This document shows, piece after piece, positions 50,001 through 61,300 of a stretch of DNA of 64,000 nucleotides. Position 1 is the stretch's first letter, and each line of letters begins with the position of its first letter. The position numbers were made by a program, and so were the translations under genes. Source of the stretch: Convolutriloba macropyga (Eukaryota). Location of the stretch: NCBI RefSeq assembly GCF_964194025.1, contig NC_134472.1, positions 38,564,001 to 38,628,000 of the forward strand, given 5' to 3'. The notes beneath the pieces are model-generated. The model did no database searches. It was not told the origin of the DNA and was given only the letters and a program-made list of their open reading frames with translations.

Positions 50001-53000
50001 GATAGTAATGAGCAAATAATTGAGGTGTAAAAATGTCCTCTAAGCTAGCTGATTTTTTTGTTAGCTGTTTTCGTCTAAAGTAATTGAAAGAGTTTAAGCA
50101 AACTTGGAGTTTCATTGTCTATTATCATATTACTTCAAGAATTTTGGTACATTATATTTTATTGGAAGCTCCTTTGTCGGTTTTTTAATGTTTTTTTCCT
50201 ATTTTTTGGGCTAATTTTTCTTCGACTTCAGATTGTTCTTAATTGTCTTCAGTTTTTTTAGGATAATTTATTCCAAAAGCTGGTTTTTTTGAAGACTATT
50301 AGTCTTTTTGAGTCAATTGTATTGGAGTAAATTTTGAACTTTAAAATTAAATGCGTAAAAGAATTTGTGGTTTTTTGGCGAACAAAATTGGATAGAGGGG
50401 AAAAGATTTTTTGATCATACGCCGTATTATTTACGAGAAATTGAATTGTGAAAAATCTAAAAGGCAAAGTTTTTATTTAGGTAAAGTATTTTCAAGCAAT
50501 TTTTTTTAAATTTCTTTACGGAAAAATCTTTTAGAGGCGCGATCATTATTTTTGCGGATGAGTCGAACGTGTTTTGACAATTTTTGCGTGCTTTTTCAGT
50601 CTGTTAAAACCATTTTTGGTTCACTTTTTATTGAAATCAGTGGGAAGTGAATAAATTAATATGCAGGCATTTTTAATAACTAATTCATTGCATCTTTTTG
50701 CTAAAAGTTGTCTTTTGTTGGAGTATATTAGCCCCACCCCCATAATGCCGGCTTCCTAAAGCGCTGAACGTCTACTACCGAAGCCAACGCCTTGCCGGTA
50801 ATTTAAGAGGAATTTGACCAAAGTTTGTCGGTTAGGTTTTTTGTTTACCGCGATTAAGCTTTTTGTGACTGAACTCACTCTCAATAATGACTTCCTCACT
50901 CAAACAGCTCTTTGATAACTTTTATTGAAGGAGATTAAATAAAATCAGTCTATGATATTCTAATTGAAGGTCTTTAAATCAATTATTGTCTGAGTTAAAT
51001 TGACGGAGGAATGGAAACGCGTGAAAATTGTTTTTTGCTGATCAAATATAGAAAGTTGAGTGAAAGTGCTTTTTGTTCGTACCGACAGCTTAGATAGTAA
51101 TGAGCAAATAATTGAGGTGTAAAAATGTCCTCTAAGCTAGCTGATTTTTTTGTTAGCTGTTTTCGTCTAAAGTAATTGAAAGAGTTTAAGCAAACTTGGA
51201 GTTTCATTGTCTATTATCATATTACTTCAAGAATTTTGGTACATTATATTTTATTGGAAGCTCCTTTGTCGGTTTTTTAAAGTTTTTTTCCTATTTTTTG
51301 GGCTAATTTTTCTTCGACTTCAGATTGTTCTTAATTGTCTTCAGTTTTTTTAGGATAATTTATTCCAAAAGCTGGTTTTTTTGAAGACTATTAGTCTTTT
51401 TGAGTCAATTGTATTGGAGTAAATTTTGAACTTTAAAATTAAATGCGTAAAAGAATTTGTGGTTTTTTGGCGAACAAAATTGGATAGAGGGGAAAAGATT
51501 TTTTGATCATACGCCGTATTATTTTCGAGAAATTGAATTGTGAAAAATCTAAAAGGCAAAGTTTTTATTTAGGTAAAGTATTTTCAAGCAATTTTTTTTA
51601 AATTTCTTTACGGAAAAATCTTTTAGAGGCGCGATCATTATTTTTGCGGATGAGTCGAACGTGTTTTGACAATTATTGCGTGCTTTTTCAGTCTGTTAAA
51701 ACCATTTTTGGTTCACTTTTTATTGAAATCAGTGGGAAGTGAATAAATTAATATGCAGGCATTTTTAATAACTAATTCATTGCATCTTTTTGCTAAAAGT
51801 TGTCTTTTGTTGGAGTATATTAGCCCCACCCCCATAATGCCGGCTTCCTAAAGCGCTGAACGTCTACTACCGAAGCCAACGCCTTGCCGGTAATTTAAGA
51901 GGAATTTGACCAAAGTTTGTCGGTTAGGTTTTTTGTTTACCGCGATTAAGCTTTTTGTGACTGAACTCACTCTCAATAATGACTTCCTCACTCAAACAGC
52001 TCTTTGATAACTTGTATTGAAGGAGATTAAATAAACTCAGTCTATGATATTCTAATTGAAGGTCTTTAAATCAATTATTGTCTGAGTTAAATTGACGGAG
52101 GAATGGAAACGCGTGAAAATTGTTTTTTGCTGATCAAATATAGAAAGTTGAGTGAAAGTGCTTTTTGTTCGTACCGACAGCTTAGATAGTAATGAGCAAA
52201 TAATTGAGGTGTAAAAATGTCCTCTAAGCTAGCTGATTTTTTTGTTAGCTGTTTTCGTCTAAAGTAATTGAAAGAGTTTAAGCAAACTTGGAGTTTCATT
52301 GTCTATTATCATATTACTTCAAGAATTTTGGTACATTATATTTTATTGGAAGCTCCTTTGTCGGTTTTTTAAAGTTTTTTCCTATTTTTTGGGCTAATTT
52401 TTCTTCGACTTCAGATTGTTCTTAATTGTCTTCAATTTTTTTAGGATAATTTATTCCAAAAGCTGGTTTTTTGAAGGCGACTCTTAGTCTTTTTGAGTCA
52501 ATTGTATTGGAGTAAGTTTTGAACTTTAAAATAAATGCGTAAAAGAATTCGTAGTGGTTTTTTGGCGAACAAAATTGGATAGAGGGGAAAAGATTTTTTG
52601 ATCATACGCCGTATTATTTTCGAGAAATTGAATTGTGAAAAATCTAAAAGGCAAAGTTTTTATTCAGGTAAAGTATTTTCAAGCAATTTTTTTTAAAAAT
52701 TTCTTTACGGAAAAATCTTTTAGAGGCGCGATCATTATTTTTGCGGATGTGTCGTACGTGTTTTGACAATTATTGCGTGCTTTTTCAGTCTGTTAAAACC
52801 ATTTTTGGTTCACTTTTTTATTGAAATCAGTGGGAAGTGAATAAATTAATATGCAGGCATTTTTAATAACTAATTCATTGCATCTTTTTGTTAAAAGTTG
52901 TCTTTTGTTGGAGTATATTAGCCCCCCCCCCATAATGCCGGCCTCCTAAAGCGCTGAACGGCTACTACCGAAGCCTACAGCTTGCCGGTAATTTAAGAGG

Positions 53001-56000
53001 AATTTGACCAAAGTTTGTCGGTTAGGTTTTTTGTTTACCGCGATTAAGCTTTTTGTGACTGAACTCGCTCTCAATAATGACTTCCTCACTCAAACAGCTC
53101 TTTGATAACTTTTGTTGAAGGAGATTAAATAAAATCAGTCTATGATATTCTAATTGAAGGTCTTTAAATCAATTATTGTCTGAGTTAAATTGACGGAGGA
53201 ATGGAAAGGCGTGAAAATTGTTTTTTGCTGATCAAATATAGAAAGTTGAGTGAAAGTGCTTTTTGTTCGTACCGACAGCTTAGATAGTAATGAGCAAATA
53301 ATTGAGGTGTAAAAATGTCCTCTAAGCTAGCTGATTTTTTTGTTAGCTGTTTTCGTCTAAAGTAATTGAAAGAGTTTAAGCAAACTTGGAGTTTCATTGT
53401 CTATTATCATATTTCTTCAAGAATTTTGGTATATTATATTTTATTGGAAGCTCCTTTGTCGGTTTTTTAAAGTTTTTCCTATTTTTTGGGCTAATTTTTC
53501 TTCGACTTCAGATTGTTCTTAATTGTCTTCAGTTTTTTTAGGATAATTTTTTCCAAAAGCTGGTTTTTTTTGAAGGCGACTCTTAGTCTTTTTGAGTCAA
53601 TTGTATTGGAGTAAATTTTGAACTTTAAAATTAAATGCGTAAAAGAATTTGTAGTGGTTTTTTGGCGAACAAAATTGGATAGAGGGGAAAAGATTTTTTG
53701 ATCATACGCCGTATTATTTTCGAGAAATTGAATTGTGAAAAATCTAAAAGGCAAAGTTTTTATTCAGGTAAAGTATTTTCAAGCATTTTTTTAAAAAAAT
53801 TTCTTTACGGAAAAATCTTTTAGAGGCGCGATCATTATTTTTGCGGATGTGTCGAACGTGTTTTGACAATTATTGCGTGCTTTTTCAGTCTGTTAAAACC
53901 TTTTTTGGTTCACTTTTTTATTGAAATCAGTGGGAAGTGAATAAATTAATATGCAGGCATTTTTAATAACTAATTCATTGCATCTTTTTGTTAAAAGTTG
54001 TCTTTTGTTGGAGTATATTAGCCCCCCCCCATAATGCCGGCTTCCTAAAGCGCTGAACGGCTACTACCGAAGCCAACAGCTTGCCGGTAATTTAAGAGGA
54101 ATTTGACCAAAGTTTGTCGGTTAGGTTTTTTGTTTACCGCGATTAAGCTTTTTGTGACTGAACTCACTCTCAGTAATGACTTCCTCACTCAAACAGCTCT
54201 TTGATAACTTTTATTGAAGGAGATTAAATAAAATCAGTCTATGATATTCTAATTGAAGGTCTTTAAATCATTTATTGTCTGAGTTAAATTGACGGAGGAA
54301 TGGAAACGCGTGAAAATTGTTTTTTGCTGATCAAATATAGAAAGTTGATTGAAAGTGCTTTTTGTTCGTACCGACAGCTTAGATAGTAATGAGCAAATAA
54401 TTGAGGTGTAAAAATGTCCTCTAAGCTAGCTGATTTTTTTGTTAGCTGTTTTCGTCTAAAGTAATTGAAAGAGTTTAAGCAAACTTGGAGTTTCATTGTC
54501 TATTATCATATTACTTCAAGAATTTTGGTATATTATATTTTATTGGAAGCTCCTTTGTCGGTTTTTAAAGTTTTTCCTATTTTTTGGGCTAATTTTTCTT
54601 CGACTTCAGATTGTTCTTAATTGTCTTCAGTTTTTTTAGGATAATTTTTTCCAAAAGCTGGTTTTTTTGAAGGCGACTCTTAGTCTTTTTGAGTCAATTG
54701 TATTGGAGTAAATTTTGAACTTTAAAATTAAATGCGTAAAAGAATTTGTAGTGGTTTTTTGGCGAACAAAATTGGATAGAGGGGAAAAGTTTTTTTGATC
54801 ATACGCCGTATTATTTTCGAGAAATTGAATTGTGAAAAATCTAAAAGGCAAAGTTTTTATTCAGGTAAAGTATTTTCAAGCATTTTTTAAAAAAATTTCT
54901 TTAAGGAAAAATCTTTTAGAGGCGCGATCATTATTTTTGCGGATGTGTCGAACGTGTTTTGACAATTATTGCGTGCTTTTTCAGTCTGTTAAAACCTTTT
55001 TTGGTTCACTTTTTTATTGAAATCAGTGGGAAGTGAATAAATTAATATGCAGGCATTTTTAATAACTAATTCATTGCATCTTTTTGTTAAAAGTTGTCTT
55101 TTGTTGGAGTATATTAGCCCCCCCCCCCATAATGCCGGCTTCCTAAAGCGCTGAACGGCTACTACCGAAGCCAACAGCTTGCCGGTAATTTAAGAGGAAT
55201 TTGACCAAAGTTTGTCGGTTAGGTTTTTTGTTTACCGCGATTAAGCTTTTTGTGACTGAACTCACTCTCAATAATGACTTCCTCACTCAAACAGCTCTTT
55301 GATAACTTTTATTGAAGGAGATTAAATAAAATCAGTCTATGATATTCTAATTGAAGGTCTTTAAATCAATTATTGTCTGAGTTGAATTGACGGAGGAATG
55401 GAAACGCGTGAAAATTGTTTTTTGCTGATCAAATATAGAAAGTTGAGTGAAAGTGCTTTTTGTTCGTACCGACAGCTTAGATAGTAATGAGCAAATAATT
55501 GAGGTGTAAAAATGTCCTCTAAGCTAGCTGATTTTTTTGTTAGCTGTTTTCGTCTAAAGTAATTGAAAGAGTTTAAGCAAACTTGGAGTTTCATTGTCTA
55601 TTATCATATTACTTCAAGAATTTTGGTACATTATATTTTATTGGAAGCTCCTTTGTCGGTTTTTTAAAGTTTTTCCTATTTTTTGGGCTAATTTTTCTTC
55701 GACTTCAGATTGTTCTTAATTGTCTTCAGTTTTTTAGGATAATTTATTCCAAAAACTGGTTTTTTTGAAGGCGACTCTTAGTCTTTTTGAGTCAATTGTA
55801 TTGGAGTAAATTTTGAACTTTAAAATTAAATGCGTAAAAGAATTTGTAGCGGTTTTTTGGCGAACAAAATTGGATAGATGTGAAAAGATTTTTTGATCAT
55901 ACGCCGTATTATTTTCGAGAAATTGAATTGTGAAAAATCTAAAAGGCAAAGTTTTTATTCAGGTAAAGTATTTTCAAGCAATTTTTTTTTAAATTTCTTT

Positions 56001-56410
56001 ACGGAAAAATCTTTTAGAGGCGCGATCATTATTTTTGCGGATGTGTCGAACGTGTTTTGACAATTATTTCGTGCTTTTTCAGTCTGTTAAAACCATTTTG
56101 GTCCACTTTTTTATTGAAATCAGTGGGAAGTGAATAAATTAATATGCAGGCATTTTTAATAACTAATTCATTGCATCTTTTTGTTAAAAGTTGTCTTTTG
56201 TTGGAGTATATTAGCCCCCCCATAATGCCGGCTTCCTAAAGCGCTGAACGGCTACTACCGAAGCCAACAGCTCGCCGGTAATTTAAGAGCAATTCGACCA
56301 ACGTTTGTCGTTTAGGTTTTGTTGTTTAGCGCGAATAAGCTTCTTGTGCCTAAACTCACTCTCAATGATGACTTCCTCACTCGAACTTGTCTCTGCTAAC
56401 TTTTATTCAA
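41003..56410 (+). repeat. ~15.4-kb tandem array with two unit lengths (~724-741 bp and ~1088-1100 bp)
   Basis: Marker TAGCCCC.. at 41931, 42658, 43385, 44121, 44862, 45602, 46343, 47067, 48162, 48902, 49641, 50729, 51821, 52919, 54019, 55115 and 56212. Spacing pattern: 7 short, 1 long, 2 short, 6 long. Confidence 0.97.
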
Positions 56411-57913
56411 AGAAATGAAGTAAAGCATCTCGTGGATTATACTATTTGTTCTTAAAAGCATGAAATCTTTCGATTGAAGGACTGAATTTTCTCTTTTGGT
56501 CTAGATTTTCGCATTGTCTTTTTGAGACTTCAGATCTACAAATCTATCGCAGCTATCTCTTACAATGCGAAGATTTTTGACTGTACTCTCGTTTAATCAA
56601 GAGACGGAGAGGAGTTCTGGAGGAGTGTTATTTTTTACTTGAAGAGGAGTATTGGAGAGTTTTAATCAACTTATTGGAGTTAATTTGAAGCAGGAAATGA
56701 AATGCTTGAAAAGAATGCGGGGGTTGAGTGTTAAAATTTGGTGGACTGTAAAGAGTGGTATTTTTTTCATACCGCTGTTTTCGAGAGAGCGAGAAATTGA
56801 TGTGTGAAAAATTTTCTGTAAGCTAGCAAAATTTGTTCACGTGCGGCTTGTTTTTGTTGATTTTTTTTTGGTTTTACTATTTTTTGGTTTCGGGTTTTGA
56901 ATAAGCTATATTAATAATTTTTAAATTTTTGTTGATAGGGTTTTTTGGTCATGAATCTGATTTCTATGATAGTCATTTTGCGGTTTTTATGTAGGCCTCG
57001 TAAGCAATTTTTTGCCCTCTGTTCATTGCATTCGTTGGGGATTGAAGGAAAGCTTATTGCTTGCATTTTTGATAGCTAGAAACTGTAATTTTGTTGAGAA
57101 ATTTGACAAAAAAGAAATCGAGAACTTTGAACATTTTTTTTGTCAATTTCTTTCGATTTCTTTCGAATTAGGCAGGTTTTTGAGCCGTTTCCAGTGATGA
57201 GTGAGAATAATTATCTCAATTTGATTAATGAAAGGGTTGCGTTTTTGTGTGCACTTGTATTATTTAAGGAAATAATCGAGTTTTTCTCTTGGTTTTTTCT
57301 CTTGGTTTAGTATTTCTTAATTTCTAAAATTTTTTATTTCTAAATTAACTTTCAATTGCCTTCTTTAGTTTTTCATGAGTAGTTTCATTATTTAGTAATT
57401 TTTGAAACGGTTACTTCCTGGCACAGACGACTCTTCGTGTCTTTTCCGGAATTCTTCCGGCTATGTTGCAATCAATAATTTTATTGCAGTGGATTTAAAA
57501 CAGGAAATGACGCACGCGCTAATGTTTGTATGGTTAGGCTGCTGAACAAATATGAAGAGAGTGATTAATTCGTCGATGATTTTTGCATGGCTTTAGGTAA
57601 AATGAGAAAGTTGAATATGAGCCTGAATTTGGCCACACTTGGCTGAAAGTCGACCAAAAAGTTTGAAGAGAGGAAACTTGAATTTGATACAATTAGAATA
57701 TTCCATGATTGGCGGGCTTTTTGATACCACGCATATCTTGGTACTTGAGATGTATACCGATCTATAAAAGCATTTTTAAAGCTTTTTAAAAAAGGAACAT
57801 TGGAACACTCACCCCTTGTTACTCTGTTTAGCCCCTTGTGTCACGTACTGGCGTATTTATAGCAAAGGAGGATCCGAAAAATTGAGATTTTATTTCAGAA
57901 TGATGAGCTAAAG

Positions 57914-58279
57914 ATGCTTGTAAAAGTGAACAATGTTGCGCATGGTGCAACTTCAATGCACCCTCGGCTCATATCTCCATCATTGTGCAGTTCCTCCGTG
58001 TTAGAAAGGGGAGCCTTTAGTGACGAATTTGACTTCTTAGCCAATCACTGTCATTCTAACCGTGGAACGAGACAGCAATCGCCAACTTCACACAATGGTG
58101 TCATTTACGATATCTCGTTTGATTGGCAGAAGCGAAGATTGGCAACTTGTTCTGCAGATCAGACTGTTTTCATATGGACGTTAGAAGAAGTTCCGAGTAG
58201 TGCAGGATCAGCATCTACCAGTAGTTACAAGTGGGTGCGTGACAGCACTATCAAGGAACACGGTGGAACTGCATGGAAG
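57914..58279 (+). CDS. SEH1L: Nucleoporin/GATOR2 subunit SEH1 (WD40), coding exon 1
   Basis: HNGVIYDISFDWQKRRLATCSADQTVFIW...HGGTAWK matches SEH1 [31 protein letters not shown]. Donor AAG|GTAACA, phase 0. Confidence 0.9.
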
Positions 58280-58374
58280 GTAACAAACAGGCAAGGATGT
58301 CTACGAGTAGCAAATATTGTCATGGCAGTCCAAAATTAAACGAAAGCAAAATGAGCTATTATTCCGCATGCTAT

Positions 58375-61300
58375 TAATTGCTCTCAAACAAATTTGAATT
58401 ATATTAGTCCTGTTGGTCTTTTTGCGGCTCAAAAAGGAATATTGTTATTCACAGGTTTTTTTTTACGGCTCGAAGAGGAGTTTTTGGTATTCGACAGGTT
58501 TTTTACAATCCAAGAATTGCAGTTTATTGGTGCTCTGTCTTTTTACAATCCAAAGATTTGGATTGTATTTGGAGCTGTCTTTATTTAAGATTTCACGCAT
58601 TTTTCTGCTGACTTTTGGCTTTCGAAACGGGATAAACAGGTTAAGTTCACCGGGCATTAAGTTTCAATAGAGGCCCTCAGCTGGTTTCGGTAGTCTTTAG
58701 GATGCTTAATGTACACAATGTAATGGGAGGTCTAATAAAAGGTGAAAAGATCAATTTTTGAAGTTTTGACCACAAATTTTTTGCTGTTTTTCATGCCCTT
58801 TTTTCTTCAACGGGATATTTCAATTGACATTGGTTTAAGCTCCCAGTAGTATTTTGAGAGTTAGAAAGGGTCTTCATAGCCGTTTTTAATTCCTTTTGAA
58901 CAACGTTCATAGCAATTATTGTAAACGTGTTGGTCTTTTTCATGCAAATTTTTTGCTTGACCGTTTTGCGCTTTTCTTCTGGAACGTGTTGGTCTTTTTT
59001 ATGCAAATTTTTCGCTTGACTGTTTTTGCGCTTTTCTTCTAGAACATTCTTCGACTTCTCAAGTGACTTTTTCACGCTTTCGTTCTTCATTTGTTTTTCC
59101 ACCCGCCTGTCGCTTAAGAGCAATTCTTCCGATTTAATCGGTTTGTTTTTGAGGTATGTCTTTTGGTAATGCAAACTGAATTACAAAAAATGGTAGTAAT
59201 TTTTGTTTCGTCGTTTGTTTCGAAAAGGTTTTGTGTTTTTTGATTTATTTGATCTTTAGGAGCCAATTAATCGTTTTTAGGGCATGAAGATGAGTTAATG
59301 GATGGTTTTAAGTGATAATGAAATATTTTTTAAGATGATGTTCTGAAGATTTTCAACGATATTCTCAATCAAAATTTGCATTTTTTTGTCCTTTTCTTTT
59401 CTGATTTCTTTGTCCTTTTCAGCTTTTCAATCTTTAGGAGCCAATGGAGCTTTTTCCATTCTTGTCGATATGTTAGTGGGTAGATTTTGTTTACATAAAT
59501 TGAGTTTTGTGGACATTGGCGTAAAAACTTTAGCTTTTTGGCTAATTTATACAATTTTTTCAATTTTTGTTGTTTGTTTTTGTATCTGTTTTAACTGATA
59601 TGTCCAAACCTGTTTCTGCAGGCCTCTAAGTTAGTGTTTCTGTATATTTTAGCAAGGATTTTGACGGATTATTATTTTATTAGTATGAATAATTTTGGCA
59701 AATTGGCAATGGTTCGCTAAAACTTTCCTAAACTCAAGTTGTCATTTTTTTTGTTTTTTGTTGCCCTGGCGTGCAAAATAATGGGTTTACACTTTTAGTT
59801 CTGAAAACAATGACAGCAGGTAGTTAAAGTGATTTCTCAGTTTTTTACGAAATTATTTGTTTTTGTCTGATTTTGTCTGAATCTGCGTGCCTTTATATCC
59901 AGCATCTATTGTTTTTGATTCATAGTTTTTCTGCCTAGTGAGAGTTTTGATTGAAAATAAAGGCATTCAAAACGATTATCCTGAGAGTGTACACGTTTTA
60001 AATACCGTTACTGTTTTTCCGTCAAGTTATGAAACTGTCTATTTGATTTGTAATGGTCACTCTGTCTGCTGGTCATATAGTAATTTTCGTTTTTCATCCA
60101 ATTCTTTGGATTGTAATCCAGGATTTGTCCTGTTTTGTTAGTTACTCTCCTATGACTTTGAATAAACGGAATAAACAGGTAGCTTCCAGTTGGAATTCAT
60201 TAGAGGCCCTAAGCTGACATTAGTAGCCACTAGCGGGCAATAAGTTCCATTAGAGGCCCAAAGTTGGGATAAGTAGTCTTACACGTGCTTAGAGCGCTTA
60301 AGAAGCTAGCAAGGACTAAACTAAGTTCAAAATGTCTTTTTTAGGCGTTTTTAAGCCTAAAAATTTAATCTTTTCTTTCCGTCCTTTTTTGAGTTTTTGT
60401 TGGTCCGTCTTCAATTGACGTTTGTCAGTGTTGATAAAGATTTTTTGCAAGAAATACTTTCTTTTTATCTCGTTTTTTTAGATATATGATTTGGTAATTT
60501 AGACCTGTAATTAAGCTTTCCCATGGGTTACTGGTTGGTTTTTAACGTTACAGAAATTGTTTTTAGGTTAACAAAATCAAGATTTTGAGCATATTTTAAA
60601 CTTAATTTGTAACTTTTTATTCAATTTCTTAAAATGTTTGTCTGTTTTTGAGTTCTTGATCTGCATGAGCCGACGAAGCGTTGTCGAAAATCTCGAACGG
60701 GTTAATGGTTAAATTGTAGTGGTATAAATTTTGTTTTTATTTCTCCAACAAGTTCTTAATTGCAGTGATTTTTGATTTCTGTTCTCAAACATTTTACATT
60801 ATATATAGCTTAGTTTTTAATGTATAGTAATTAGGAACTGCTGGTAATATTCTGGGTGAAGAGGTCATTTTTGATCCCATGTAAATCCCTGCTTCTTATC
60901 TAAACTACAGACGCACCTACCTACTAAACCCTCCTATCCACTTTCCACATCCACCCTGCCTACCTACTCCCTCCCTCGGGGCACCTACCTACCTCTGCCG
61001 TCCCCCACTTATCAAGCCGCAAGTTGCACCTACCTGCATTGCTACCTACCTCAACAAAACTACATCCCCTCCCCCCACCTACGTATCGCCGCAGTACCCA
61101 CCCACATTATTAACTTAAAATTTAAATTACTGAGTTTCTTATTATTTTCCTCATTTTTCTGCATTAGTTAAGGTAAATTTGGTTGTTTTTTTAAACGGCT
61201 CATCCGAGTCGGTTCCGGTATTCTACAGGCTATTTTTAAGCTAAGGAAAGTTTTTTCATGACTTTAACTTTTGACTTTTGCTTTCGAACACTAACTTCTG

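Noticed and set aside
42122-56223. Repeated 60-87-aa ORFs in the array as a peptide gene family
   Set aside because: They are K/F/L-rich translations of AT-rich repeats on both strands, and homopolymer indels break them between units.
41003-56410. Tandem array as a CRISPR array or an rDNA/5S/SL-RNA gene cluster
   Set aside because: Units are 0.7-1.1 kb and near-identical with no unique spacers, and I recognise no rRNA or snRNA. AATTTTGG Sm-like words are expected by chance in T-rich DNA. The GC-rich core matches dispersed transposon-like termini.
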